Assembly (NCBI GenBank): GCA_050613775.1
Contig: JBODTK010000115.1
Coordinates: 1 to 64,000, forward strand
Reading direction: 5' to 3'
Origin: Neocallimastix sp. 'constans'
Lineage: Eukaryota
Length of the DNA: 64,000 nucleotides
In this document: positions 11,883-24,298 of the stretch, in pieces
How positions within the stretch are numbered: the stretch's first letter is position 1
Layout: each line of letters opens with the position of its first letter
Notes under the pieces: model-generated
What the model was told of the DNA's origin: nothing
The model's database searches: none
What the model saw: the letters and a program-made list of their open reading frames with translations, nothing else
Program-made: the position numbers and the translations under genes

Positions 11883-13322
11883 TTAGTTATTTTTGTTAAA
11901 TTCTTTTAAGAGTTTAGGGCAATTTAAATTTTCTTCGGGTTCCCAAGATGCTTCAGATAAAGGATAACCTTTCCATTTAATAAGATATTGGGTTTTGCCA
12001 TAATGTTTTCTTTTATCAAGAATTTTTTCAACTTCGTATTCTTCTTCATTGTCAATAATTATCGGTGGTGGTGGTTCTTTCTTTCGTCCAAAGTGATCTT
12101 CATAAAATGGTTCAAGTTCAGAAACATGTATTACAGGATGGATTCTGATTTCTTTTGGTAAGTCTAACTTATATGAAACGGGAGAAATTTTCTTAATGAT
12201 TTTATATGGACCAAGTTTTCTGGGTTTAAGTTTTTTATTTCCATTATGAATTATAAGTGAACTATTAATCCACACTTTATCACCAGGTTCAAAATTTGGA
12301 GCTTCAATACGATGTTTGTTTGCAAATTCTTCTTGCTTTTTTCTTGCTTGTTGTAAATTTCCATTAAGTGTTTTAAATAATTCTGAAAGGTCTTTTGTAA
12401 ATTCATCAGCTCTAGGAACATCTGTACTGTTTGGAATTGATGGTGAATATCTTGGATTATATCCATAGTTTGCATAAAAAGGTGAGTGCTTAATTGATTC
12501 TTGAATTGAATTATTATAACTGAATTCTGCTAGGAATAAAAAATTATACCAATCAGAACCTTTAAAGTTTGAATAACATCTTAAGTATTGTTCAATAACG
12601 GAGTTCACCCTCTCCGTTAAACCATTGGTTTGGTGATGGAAGGGAGAAGCAAGTTTTGTTGTAATATTGAAGGATTTACAAATAGCTGACCAAAATTTTG
12701 AAGTGAATTGAGTATCTTTATCGGAAAAAAAATCGGAGGGTGGTTTATGAATACGGAAGAGATCATTTATGGCTTTCTTGGGAACAAATAAAACAGAAGC
12801 AGCAGCTGGAGATTTAGATTTACTAATAAATTTTTTGTCTTCATTTTCTTTAATATATTTCTTTGAAGCTAGAGATTCTTTTTCAGTTAAGGGGTAGATT
12901 GGATCATAATGAAGTTTTTCATTTTGTTTGGGTTTAATCTCGCTATCAAAAGGACAATAAGGAGGTGATTGAATAGTGTATATTTCACTGAAAGTGTCTA
13001 TAAATGGAAGTAATTTTTTTGGTAATGATTTGCTTATTTTATTATTGATTTCTTCATTTTCATTTTTGTCATTTTGTTTAGTAGTATTTAAAGGAACATA
13101 AGAGGTAAAGGAGTTAGGGATGATTAAACAATTTTCAACGCAATAATTGGAATTAAATCTTAAGACTTTATTTTTGAAGTCAATATCAGGATTGTGAGTA
13201 GAAATCCATTCGAAACCTAAAATAGCACAATAAGAAGGAAGGTCAACCACATAGAATTGAGTATTACATTTATGGTTATTATAAGTGATGGAAATAGGAA
13301 GAGTTTTACCAAGAATAGTTTG
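11883..13322 (-). pseudogene. pol: Truncated, internally deleted chromovirus pol (element B) with C-terminal chromodomain
   Basis: PR end ([16 protein letters not shown]), RT start ([15 protein letters not shown]) fused in frame to the IN core ([23 protein letters not shown]), [12 protein letters not shown], chromodomain YEVEKIL...[18 protein letters not shown]. Confidence 0.9.
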
Positions 13323-13324
13323 CT

Positions 13325-16300
13325 TTCCACCGATGCCAGATACATTAGGGAAATTAGTTTTGGACTTAAATTAGAAAAGAATAATACTAAAATTTCAGGT
13401 GCAATGGATAATATGTGTGCTACTACAATAATAACGAACAATATAGATCATACATATAAAAGTAAACATCATGAACCACAAGAAGATGATATTGCTATGG
13501 TTGATGTAATAGTAGATGGAGTTCGTGGTAAGGCTTTAATAGATTCATGTAGCAATTTAAGTATTATCACAAAGCAATTTTTAGATAAATTACCTTATCA
13601 GTATGAACCTATAGGAGTTAGTGCATGACGAATACGTTTAGCAACGATGAATGATGATTACTCAGAAGATGTGTTAATCAAAGTTCCCGTAAAAATTAAT
13701 GAACTAGAACTACTTGTTACGTGTAGAATTATAGACAAGGAGGATCCATTCTATGATATATTAATCAACCTCAAAACTCAAATTGATAACCAGTTATTTA
13801 TACATCCAATTAGATATAGTCTTTGTCGATTTAATGATCAAGGTTTAATTGAAGAAATTGCACCTATTAATAATGAATATGATGACGAAGAAAAATTATT
13901 ATGTGTAATCAAGGCATTGAATCACCAAGAAGCTAAGCAACAATTGAAAACGATTGAAGGATTACCACCAATAAAATATATATATGACACAGTTTTTCAA
14001 AGTACAATTAATTCAAATTATAGAGAAGCCATTACTAAATTACTTGAAGAATATATTGATATAATTGCAACTTCTTCTGAAGAATTAACACCTTCAGATT
14101 TATCACCACACAAAATTATTCTTAAGGAAGGAGTTAAACCTATTAAACAAAAATTTTATCGACTTAGTAAATTAAAAACAGATATCTTAAAAGAAGAATT
14201 AACCAAACTCATATATAAACGATTAATTGAACCTTCATGTTCAGAATGGTCATCACCAGTAGTACTTGTGCCTAAAAAGAACGGTAAATGGCGCCTGTGT
14301 ATTGACTATAGGAAAGTAAATGAAGCAACTAAGAAGGATTCTTATTCTTTACCAAATATTGAGGAAATTTTTGATAGCTTAGATGGAGCAAAAATCTTCT
14401 CAACATTAGATCTTTATTCCGGTTATCATCAAATATTAATGGATGATGATAGTGTTGAAATCACTACCTTTACAACTAAGTTCGGAAACTACCAATTCAA
14501 GGTAATGCCCTTCGGTTTAACAGGTGCTCCAGCTACATTCCAAAGAGAAATGAACCGTACACTATTTCCCTTAATAGGAAAATGCGTCTATAACTTTATC
14601 GATGATATTTTAATCTACTCAAGAACTGAAGAAGAACACCTAGAACATCTTAAACAAGTCTTAGAAATATTCAAGGAACATAAGTTAAAAATCAATATCG
14701 AAAAGTGTTCTTTCATGCAAACTGAAGTAGAAGTACTTGGACATAAAGTATCCTCAGAAGGTTTAAGTCCATTGGAAAACAAAGTTGAAGCTATTAAAGA
14801 ATGGAAGGCTCCCTCTAACATTCATGAACTTCGATCATTTTTAGGAGCCATTGGATATTATAGAAATTTTATTAAGGACTTTGCAAAAGTTACTGCTCCT
14901 CTCTGCACTCTATTAAGAAAAGGTATTAAGTTTGAATGGAAAAAGGAACAAGAAGAAAGTTTTAAAATTCTTAAAGAAAGATTAATCAATGCCCCAATAT
15001 TAAGATTTCCTAGATTTGATAGAGAATTTATTATAAGAACAGATGCTTCCTATGATGGAATAGGCGGTGTGCTTTTACAAAAGGATGATGAAACTGGAAA
15101 GGAGCATCCGGTTCATTATATTAGTAGAAGTTTATCTAAATCGGAAAAGAATTATGGAATTACGGATCTAGAAGGTGCTGCTCTAATTTACTGTATTAAT
15201 AAATTAAAATTTTATATTATGGGAAATCCTAAGCAAACTACAGTATATACAGATCATAGACCATTAATCGGATTACTTAAAAGTAAGGAACCACAAAATT
15301 CTCGTCATACTAGTTGGTGTTTGACTGTCAGTATGTTAGGAATTGATTTACGATATGAAACTGGAAAGAATAATGTTGTTGCAGATGCTTTATCAAGAAT
15401 GAAAAATGAAAAAGAAAAAGTTGTCTTAACAACACAAATTATCAAGGAACAAGATGAAAACCTGCTTTCAAGAACCATTAAGGAATTTATTGAAGAAAAA
15501 TTTACGACAATTGATGGTGTGGACTACTTTGTTGATGGCAATAATTATAGAAAATTAGTTACAGATACAAAAGAAAAACTTCAATTAATTTTTCAAGCAC
15601 ACAGTATAGGACACGAAGGCTATTACAAGACATACCAACGTTTGAAAAAGAGCTACTATTGGAACAATATGGTTAATGACATTTAGCGAATTATAGGTAA
15701 ATGTGAAAAATGTCAATTAAATAAATCTCAACCATACCCTGAACCAACGGAAGATAAACCAACTGAAGTGGAAGGACCATTTACACACTTAGGATTGGAC
15801 ATTATAGGACCTCTAAGTAAAACCAGAAATAATAATCAATATATAATCGTTGTGGTTGATTATTTTACTAAATGGGTTGAGGCAGAGCCCACTGAAAATG
15901 TTACTTCTCAGGATGTGATAAAATTTTTAATTAATGTATTTGCTCGACACGGTGTACCTCAAATTATCACTACTGATAATGGAACACAATTTACATCAGA
16001 TATGACAAAAATCTTCCTTGATTTATATGATGTATATGTTAAATTTATCACTCCATATCATCCTGAAAGCAATGGTTTAGTTGAGAATCGTAATAAAGAA
16101 ATTGGAAAATTATTACGATTACTAGAACAACAACACAAAGAATGGGATGAAATTTTACCATCTGCACTTTGGGCTTTAAGAACTACTAAAAACTCAATCA
16201 CCAACCATTCAAGTTTTGAATTAGTTTATGGAAGGGAGGACCAACAACCTTTTGACATTGCTGCCAGACCAACTAAGGGTATAAATAAGTCTTCTGACGA

Positions 16301-16619
16301 AATTCTATTGGAATAATTTGTATCACACTACCAATGGGTAATGGAGGCCGCGTCTAATATCAAAAATGCTTCGAAGTATTGGGCTACTAGGAGAGAAGAA
16401 AAGACCAGTATGAATCAAGCTAAAAGAATAAAACCAGGTGATTTAGTACTAGTAAGAAACTTTAATCGAACTAAATTAGAACCTTACTTTGTTGGACCTA
16501 TGAAAGTGGTAAAGAAACAATTCAATACAGTCACTTTAGCTGATCCTGCTACTAATATACAAATGAATCGTAATGTTCATTTGAAAAATATTGTCAAGTT
16601 TAACTCAGCTTCTACCTAG
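13325..16619 (+). pseudogene. pol: 5'-truncated Ty3/gypsy pol (element C) with three in-frame stops
   Basis: ORFs 13257, 13647, 15768 and 16341 share one frame, split by stops ending at 13628, 15686 and 16316. Motifs ALIDSCS, WRLCIDYR, FIDD, TDASY, GLDIIGP. PPT TAGCGGGGGCA near 16629-16639. Confidence 0.92.
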
Positions 16620-16642
16620 CTTGAGTCTTAGCGGGGGCATCT

Positions 16643-17022
16643 TAATACAGAATGAACAAATAATACTAATTGTGCTAGAATAATATAAATTATTCTAACC
16701 TTATAGATTATTCTATTCTATATAATTGGAACTTTCCAATATTCTTCAAATATTACTAAATAGAAATCTTAAGTTAATAAATCACTAATTAACTTATAAT
16801 TCCTTTTTGAATTATCGATCCGATTCCATCATAATGTATTAAAAATCTTTAGCCAAGAATATTGTCCTTGCCCACTTAATATATTAATATTATATTTCTT
16901 TTGTATTATGTTATATTGAAAATAATCAAATCTATTTAATTAGTTATTAAAATTTTCGTTATCAATTTAAATTTATTTTAATTACTAAATTTAACTAAAC
17001 CACAATAAAATATTCTGTATAA
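16643..17022 (+). repeat. Probable decayed 3' LTR of element C
   Basis: Starts right after the PPT (TAATACAGAAT); imperfect inverted end ATTCTGTATAA. The right boundary is uncertain. Confidence 0.4.
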
Positions 17023-17433
17023 TCTCTTTATTTTTATTTTATATATATTAGTATTAAACTATTATTAAATAATTAATAATTCAATAATATATAACTACTA
17101 TTTATAACAATAATATTATTAACTAAAATAATAATTCAATTTCAATTTAAATGTTTTATTTATAAAAATAATTAGTAATTAGTTTATTAAAAAAATAGTT
17201 AGGCTTTACAAATTTTAATTTGATAAAAAAATATAAATACATGTAATTTTAGTGAAATAAAATATAATCAATAACTTACTTTTATTAAATAAATAATTAT
17301 ATTATTATTTTTCTTTTATAAATTTAAATAAATAAATATTGATTTTAAAACAAATTATTTTTTTTTTATTGTAATTTTATTATTTGTGTTAATTATTATT
17401 ATATTCCTAAAATTATATGAACCATACCACTGA

Positions 17434-18448
17434 TGGTAAAGAATGAATTAATAACCTTTATTTTATTATTAATAATTCTTTACTAAATTGTACTTTCCTA
17501 TATTCTTCATAACCTAAACCTCATTGTAAATTTAATTTATTTTGATATAAATTAATTTACACTTGTAAATAATGTAAATAAATTTTAATTAATTACTTTA
17601 TTGTTATATTATTAAATATATATATATATTAAAATACAATTGTAAATATTAAAATTATACTTTTAAGATACTAAACTATTAAAACTATTAATTAAATATT
17701 ATTATAAAAATTATTATAAAATTATTAAAATTATTAATTAAATATTATTCTAAAAATTATTATAAATTATTAATATTATAAAATTATTAAAATTATTAAA
17801 TATTATTATAAAAATTTATTTATTATAACTATTAAATATTATTATAAAATTATTAAGATTATTAATTAAATTTATTATTAAAAATTATTATTAAAAATTT
17901 TTACTTATTATAAAAATTATTATTTAAATATTATCAAATTTATTAATTAAATATTATAAAAATTTTATTTTATTTTGAAAATAATTACAAGTATTATTTA
18001 AAATAATTAAAGATTATTAAATTTATTATATTAATCTTTAAAAACAATTTATTTAACTTAAAAATATCAAAGAAAATAGTAAAAACTATTTTCTATATAT
18101 TTATTTTATAATTATTTTTAATTAAATTATATTTGAATATTATATTATTATATTTATAAAAATTAAAACAAAAATGAATTATTGATATAAAATTAATTCA
18201 ATAATTCTATAAAATTACTTAAATTATAAACAATTAATTATACTTTAAATTTATAAAAAAATATAAATATTGTAACAATTTCTTAAAAATTAAATATGTG
18301 TACTTTAAATAATAAAATTTTATATTAATAAAAAAAAAATAAATAACTTTTAATAAAGAATTATTTTTTTTTTTAAAATCAAAGCAGGGTAATACCCGTC
18401 CCCCCCTGCTTGATTTTAAATATCTAAGTGTCAACCCCGAGTCTACCA
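17434..18448. mobile_element. Solo LTR, family L2, with 4-bp TSD CTGA
   Basis: TGGTA...TACCA termini; CTGA at 17430-17433 and 18449-18452; inverted copy at 22496-23461. Confidence 0.85.
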
Positions 18449-18641
18449 CTGAAGATTTCGTTACAATAATTATCTAATTTATTTTATTTACTTATTTTGG
18501 TTATTATTTATTATTTTATTAATTTAATAATTTAATAACAACGAAGAATAATTAAAAGAAATATTTACAAGTATTTATATTTTTACACGAATTTAAGGTA
18601 TTTATAATTTTAGTAAGAAAAGAAATAAAAGAACAAATATA

Positions 18642-19520
18642 TTATGTTAAAATATTAATATCAAAATTACCAACATTACCAGAATAATTTCCATTATTAT
18701 TATTATAATAATTATTACTATTTTTACCAAATAATTTATTATAATTATTTTTATTATACAAAAATATTTTTTTCTTATTAAAATTTTCCCTATAATTACA
18801 CCTTTTATTCTTTTCTATTATTCCTTTTTCTTCCATTATTGATAATTCTTTAAATGAATATGTACAATTGAATGCTTTATGGCCTAATTCATAACATTTA
18901 AAGCACATTATTTTTTTATTTTCCTTATTAATATTATTATTATGATCATTTATATAATTATTTTTATAATTTTGTTTATAATTATTAAAATCTATTTTGA
19001 AATTTAATTTCTCTTCAATTTTACTGGTCTTTTCCGCTATTTTTATTGCTTCTTCAATATTTTCACATTCCTGTTCTAATACTCTTAAACATGGATATAT
19101 TCTCGGCTTAATTGAGTTTATATAATCTTCAACTGTAACTAATTTTCTCATTTCTTTATCGATATTTTTATATTTTCTAATATAATTAATATTAAATATA
19201 GATATTGATTCATTTGCTTTAATTTTTACTTCTTTTAACTCCCAAATTTTATCGTTTTGAGTAATTTCCAGATATTTCTCAATTTCTTCTTTAATAATTT
19301 GAGTTGATGGATAGGGTTTATTCTCACTATTTTTTTCTATACTTTTTATAACTTCTTTAAGAGAATAATCTACACATTCTCTCATAAAAATATGTCTTCT
19401 TTTAGGATTCTGGATATCCCAAAGATCCATAACCACTTCGAATTCATGTATCCATAAGTCAACATCTTTACCATAATTTTTCAATAATGGTAAACTTCTT
19501 AACAACTTACAGATATCCAT
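18642..19520 (-). CDS. gag: Stand-alone intact gag-like gene related to element A gag (no pol)
   Basis: Aligns by eye with A Gag (LPLLKNYGKDVDLWIHEFEVVMDL vs LPRLGSFDRDIESWAEEFNRVMEL; CFKCYELGHKAFNCTYSFKEL vs CFKCHQPGHRMQDCPYTYQEL). Confidence 0.88.
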   Translation of the reverse strand: MDICKLLRSLPLLKNYGKDVDLWIHEFEVVMDLWDIQNPKRRHIFMRECVDYSLKEVIKSIEKNSENKPYPSTQIIKEEIEKYLEITQNDKIWELKEVKIKANESISIFNINYIRKYKNIDKEMRKLVTVEDYINSIKPRIYPCLRVLEQECENIEEAIKIAEKTSKIEEKLNFKIDFNNYKQNYKNNYINDHNNNINKENKKIMCFKCYELGHKAFNCTYSFKELSIMEEKGIIEKNKRCNYRENFNKKKIFLYNKNNYNKLFGKNSNNYYNNNNGNYSGNVGNFDINILT

Positions 19521-19612
19521 TTTAATTATTTATTTACTTATTATTATGTATATATGTATTTATTTACTATTATTAATTATATAATATTTTTATTTTTATT
19601 ATTATTTGTAAC

Positions 19613-21017
19613 TGATACGGGCTGGGGTTGAAACACTAAGATATTCAAAACAAAAAAATAAATATTAACACATAACTATAAAAACAAATTTGGAAACAAG
19701 AAAAAAATTAAATTTTAAAATATTCGTTATTTAAATTTAAAATTAAAATTATTTGTTCCAAGTATTAAAAAGAAAGAAATTTATTCTTCTTTTTATACTT
19801 TTATTTTAATACATTTTATTTATTATTAATATATTCTTTATAAAAAAAACTATTATAACTATTTTATTTTAATTTTTAACTATTATTTTAAATTATTTTT
19901 TTAAAAAAAAAATAACATTTATTAAATTAAAATATAAAAAATTAATTTAGAGATTGTATCACGAAGGGCATTCCGGGCGGTAGCTTCTTCTTGATATTGT
20001 TTTTCAGAGAGAGAATTATACAGAATTGATATTTTCTGTATTTTAGATCATTTTTTATTATTGAAATTCTGTATTTTAGTTCATTTTTATTTTTAATAAA
20101 GATTTAATTTATTTTTGATTTTTGATTTATTTTTAGTTTATTTCAAAGGTTTAGAAAATATTATACAGAAACTTATAATTCTGTATTTTATATCAAATAT
20201 TTATTGAAATAGGTTTTTATTATTCTTAATATAAAAGTAAGAATTAATAATGATTTAAATATTATATAATTTTTAATAAGAATAATTTATTGAAATAGGT
20301 TTTTATTATTCTTAATATAAAAGTAAGAATTAATAATGATTTAAATATTATATAATTTTTAATAAGAATAATTTATTGAAATAGGTTTTTATTATTCTTA
20401 ATATAAAAGTAAGAATTAATAATGATTTAAATATTATATAATTTTTAATAAGAATATTTAATAATAATTTTTATTATATTTAATATTAATAAAAGAAATT
20501 TATAAGAATATTTAATAATAATTTTTATTATATTTAATATTAATAAAAGAAATTTATAAGAATATTTAATAATAATTTTTATTATATTTAATATTAATAA
20601 AAGAAATTTATAAGAATATTTAATAATAATTTTTATTATATTTGATATTAATAAAGGAAATTTATAAGAATATTTAATAATAATTTTTATTATATTTGAT
20701 ATTAATAAAAGATTTTAATAAGAATATTTAATAATAATTTTTTATTATATTTAATATTAATAAAAGATTTTTATTAGAATATTTAATAATTTTTATTATA
20801 TTTAATATTAATAAAAGAAATTTATAAGAATATTTAATAATAATTTTTATTATATTTAATATTAATAAAAGAAATTTATAAGAATATTTAATAATAATTT
20901 TTATTATATTTGTTATTAATAAAAGATTTTAATAAGAATATTTAATAATAATTTTATTTTATTATTATTAAGAGTATTTAATAGGAAATACAAGGTATTT
21001 AGTGACACCCCGTATCA
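19613..21017 (-). mobile_element. Solo LTR, family L1, TSD TAAC
   Basis: Reverse complement of the element A LTR; TAAC at 19609-19612 and 21018-21021; extra 86-bp triplication at about 20201-20455. Confidence 0.92.
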
Positions 21018-21021
21018 TAAC

Positions 21022-21528
21022 TGATATGATATTTTTTTTAAACATCAATATCAATATTTATTTTATTTTATTTGGACGATAACAGTAGGGAATAATTGAC
21101 AAAATAATATATTCTAATATTATATAGAATAATACACACAATAATAATATTCACACTTTAATATTTAGTTTATTTATTTTATTTATTTATTATCATTCAT
21201 CAATAAAAATACATCATCAATATAAATAGTTGTTAACTAGTTAAAATATAATTAAATCATTCAATAAAATATAATTAATTACTAAAATCTCTCATATTAT
21301 TAATGTAAACTAAATATAAAACTACACTAAACTATACTAATAAACATGTTTATAGGTTAAATTATTAATAAAGCTAAATTAATATTAATAAAAGAACCAT
21401 TCTTTAAACTATTATTATTTACTAACTATATATACTATTATTAAATTATTATTAACCAATAAGATTTTATCAAATAATTCCTAACCTAAGTTTCACTAAA
21501 TTATGGTATTTATGGTGGTACCGTATCA
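21022..21528. mobile_element. Solo LTR, family L3, TSD TAAC
   Basis: TGATATG...CCGTATCA termini; TAAC on both sides. Confidence 0.75.
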
Positions 21529-21533
21529 TAACG

Positions 21534-22489
21534 TGTAATAATCATACTAAGATCTAATACTAAATATGATTATTAACTTCAACTTAATGACTAATTCATT
21601 AAGTTGAGAAATAAAATAAAAAAAAAAATTTTACCTAAAAAAGAGTTTATTATAAAATTAATTATAATAACAACACAAAAACCAAAGGAAGAAATATTTG
21701 TATAAAGTTAAAGTTGGTTTTAAAAAATATGTTTTTGAATAAAATATTTTATTAATTTATAAAAATTTAGAATGTAATATTGTTATCATTATAACTATCT
21801 TTTATATAATAATAACTTTTGATTTCTTAAAGAGAAATCAAGAGCCCTTTTTATATTTTTTTTAATGAATTAAGGTTAAATAAAAAGTTTTTCTAATCTT
21901 AAAAATTATCTTATCTAGAAAAAGATTAGAAGAAAAAACTAGATAAGTTTTTTGATCGATATTCTATTCATATCGATCATCGTATATATTAAGTAAAACC
22001 AAATATATTATTTTATATTTGGATAAAACCTTAATATATCGATTTTCTAAATTTTAATTTAGATCATCAAATAAAAGGAAAAATAAATAATAACCGGAAT
22101 GATCTAAATTATTCTATTTTTATAAATATTATTTTTGAAATCTAATCTAAACATATTAACATAAACTATCTTTAAAAAATACAGAAACTTATTAATTGTT
22201 CTTTTAAATGTACAATGTACAAAATAAATAAAACTAATGTTTACATTAACTTAATTAAATGAATAACTAAATAAAATTAATAATATTAATAAAAGTATAT
22301 ATAATAATTATTTAAATAAATTTTTTAATATTATTTTAGTGTATGAATAATTATATTTTTAATAAATTTGATTATAGTATTTCAATGTATGAATTAATTA
22401 AAATTTAAATAAATTTGTAATTATTATCAATAATTATAAAGACTAAGAAATAGTAATTATTTATTAATAAATAATTATTATTTCTAACA
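21534..22489 (-). mobile_element. Solo LTR S1 (element D-like group), TSD TAACG
   Basis: TGTAATA...TCTAACA; TAACG at 21529-21533 and 22490-22494; shares the structured module with the D LTRs. Confidence 0.82.
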
Positions 22490-22495
22490 TAACGA

Positions 22496-23461
22496 TGGTA
22501 GACTCGGGGTTAACACGTATAAATTTAAAATCAAGCAGGGGGGGGACGGGTATTACCCTGCTTTGATTTTAAATAAAAAAAAAATTTCTTTTTATTAAAA
22601 TTATTTATTAATATTAAATTTTATTTTTTTTTAAAGTACAAATATTTAATTTTTAAGAAATATTTACAATATTTATATTTTTTTATGAATTTAAAGTATA
22701 ATTAGTTGTTTATAATTTAAGTAATTTTATAGAATTATTGAATTAATTTTATATCAATAATTCATTTTTGTTTTAATTTTTATAAATATAATAATATAAT
22801 ATTCAAATATAATTTAATTAAAAATAATTATAAAATAAATATATAGAAAATAGTTTTTACTATTTTCTTTGATATTTTTAAGTTAAATAAATTGTTTTTA
22901 AAGATTAATATAATAAATTTAATAATCTTTAATTATTTTAAATAATACTTGTAATTATTTTCAAAATAAAATAAAATTTTTATAATATTTAATTAATAAA
23001 TTTGATAATATTTAAATAATAAATTTTTATAATAATTAATAATTTTTAATAATAATTTTTAATAATAAATTTAATTAATAATCTTAATAATTTTATAATA
23101 ATATTTAATAGTTATAATAAATAAATTTTTATAATAATATTTAATAATTTTAATAATTTTATAATATTAATAGTTTATAATAATTTTTATAATAATATTT
23201 AATTAATAATTTTAATAATTTAGTATCTTAAAAGTATAATTTTAATATTTACAATTGTATTTTAATATATACATAGATTTAATAATATACCAATAAAGTA
23301 ATTAATTAAAATTGATTTACATTATTTACAAATTAAAATTAATTTATATCAAAATAAATTAAAATTTATTATTAAGTTTAGGTTATCAAGAATTTAGGAA
23401 AGTACAATTTAGTAAAGAATTATTAATAATAAAATAAAGGTTATTAATTCATTCTTTACCA
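22496..23461. mobile_element. Solo LTR, family L2 (inverted relative to the 17434 copy), non-matching flanks ACGA/ATTT
   Basis: TGGTAGACTCGGGG...CTTTACCA; reverse complement of 17434-18448. Confidence 0.85.
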
Positions 23462-23465
23462 ATTT

Positions 23466-24295
23466 TGTTAAGGTTTTAGAGAATTAAATAAAAATAAAGT
23501 AAAGAAACACAAATTTTATTTATTTATTTATTATTTTATTTATTTATTTTATTAATTGATTTTATTCGATTTGATTTTATGGTTTTTAAAAATTGGTAGC
23601 AAAATTTACAACTATTTATACTTTTTTTTTCAAGGTATAAAAGTTGTTCTTGCCACTAAATTACATTTTATTATTATTTTTTTTTATATAAAAACTATTA
23701 AATTTAAATTGATTTTTATAATCAATTATATAAAATTTAATTATAACAATATAAATAAAATACATTTATAATATTAATAAAATTTTTTTTTTTTTTTTTT
23801 TTTTTAATAATCTATCTAAAATATTACTAATAAGAATTTATTTAATTGGCTATAATTTTTATTACAATCTGTTAAAATATTCAAATAAAAATAAAAATAC
23901 TATTCTAATATAAAGGTTTTTAATAAAATAAAATATTTTTCAATATAAAATAAAACATTTCGATATAAAATTTTATAATAAAAGTTAAAATATAATATAT
24001 AAATTTTTAATTATCAATATATAAAAATATTATTAATACAAATTTTCATTATTAATATAAAAACAAAAAAAATAAGATTTATTATTAATATTGCTAATAT
24101 AAGCTTTAAATATATAAAAATGTTACTATTAATAAAGATTTAATATAAAAATATAAAGTTTAATATAATTTTGATTTAATTTTTGATCTTTGGATTTAAA
24201 AATTTATTAAAGTACAAAAATAATAATGTACAATAATGTATTAGAAATAAATCGTAGATTTAATTAAGAATGCATTATTTAGTATATTCTTATCA
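23466..24295. mobile_element. Solo LTR, family L4, TSD ATTT
   Basis: TGTTAAGG...TCTTATCA; inverted near-identical copy at 26988-27816. Confidence 0.85.
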
Positions 24296-24298
24296 ATT

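Noticed and set aside
13626..16316. RIP-like C-to-T mutation or programmed read-through explaining the element C stops
   Set aside because: By homology with A and E the stops look like G/A-to-T changes at scattered positions; ordinary decay is sufficient.
21891..22043. Hammerhead or other known self-cleaving ribozyme in the LTR module
   Set aside because: No CTGANGA/GAAA core in the required stem context on either strand; an ENE plus pseudoknot fits better.
17434..23461. Inverted L2 pair as the termini of one element carrying the gag gene
   Set aside because: The left copy has its own CTGA TSD on both sides; the outer flanks do not match.
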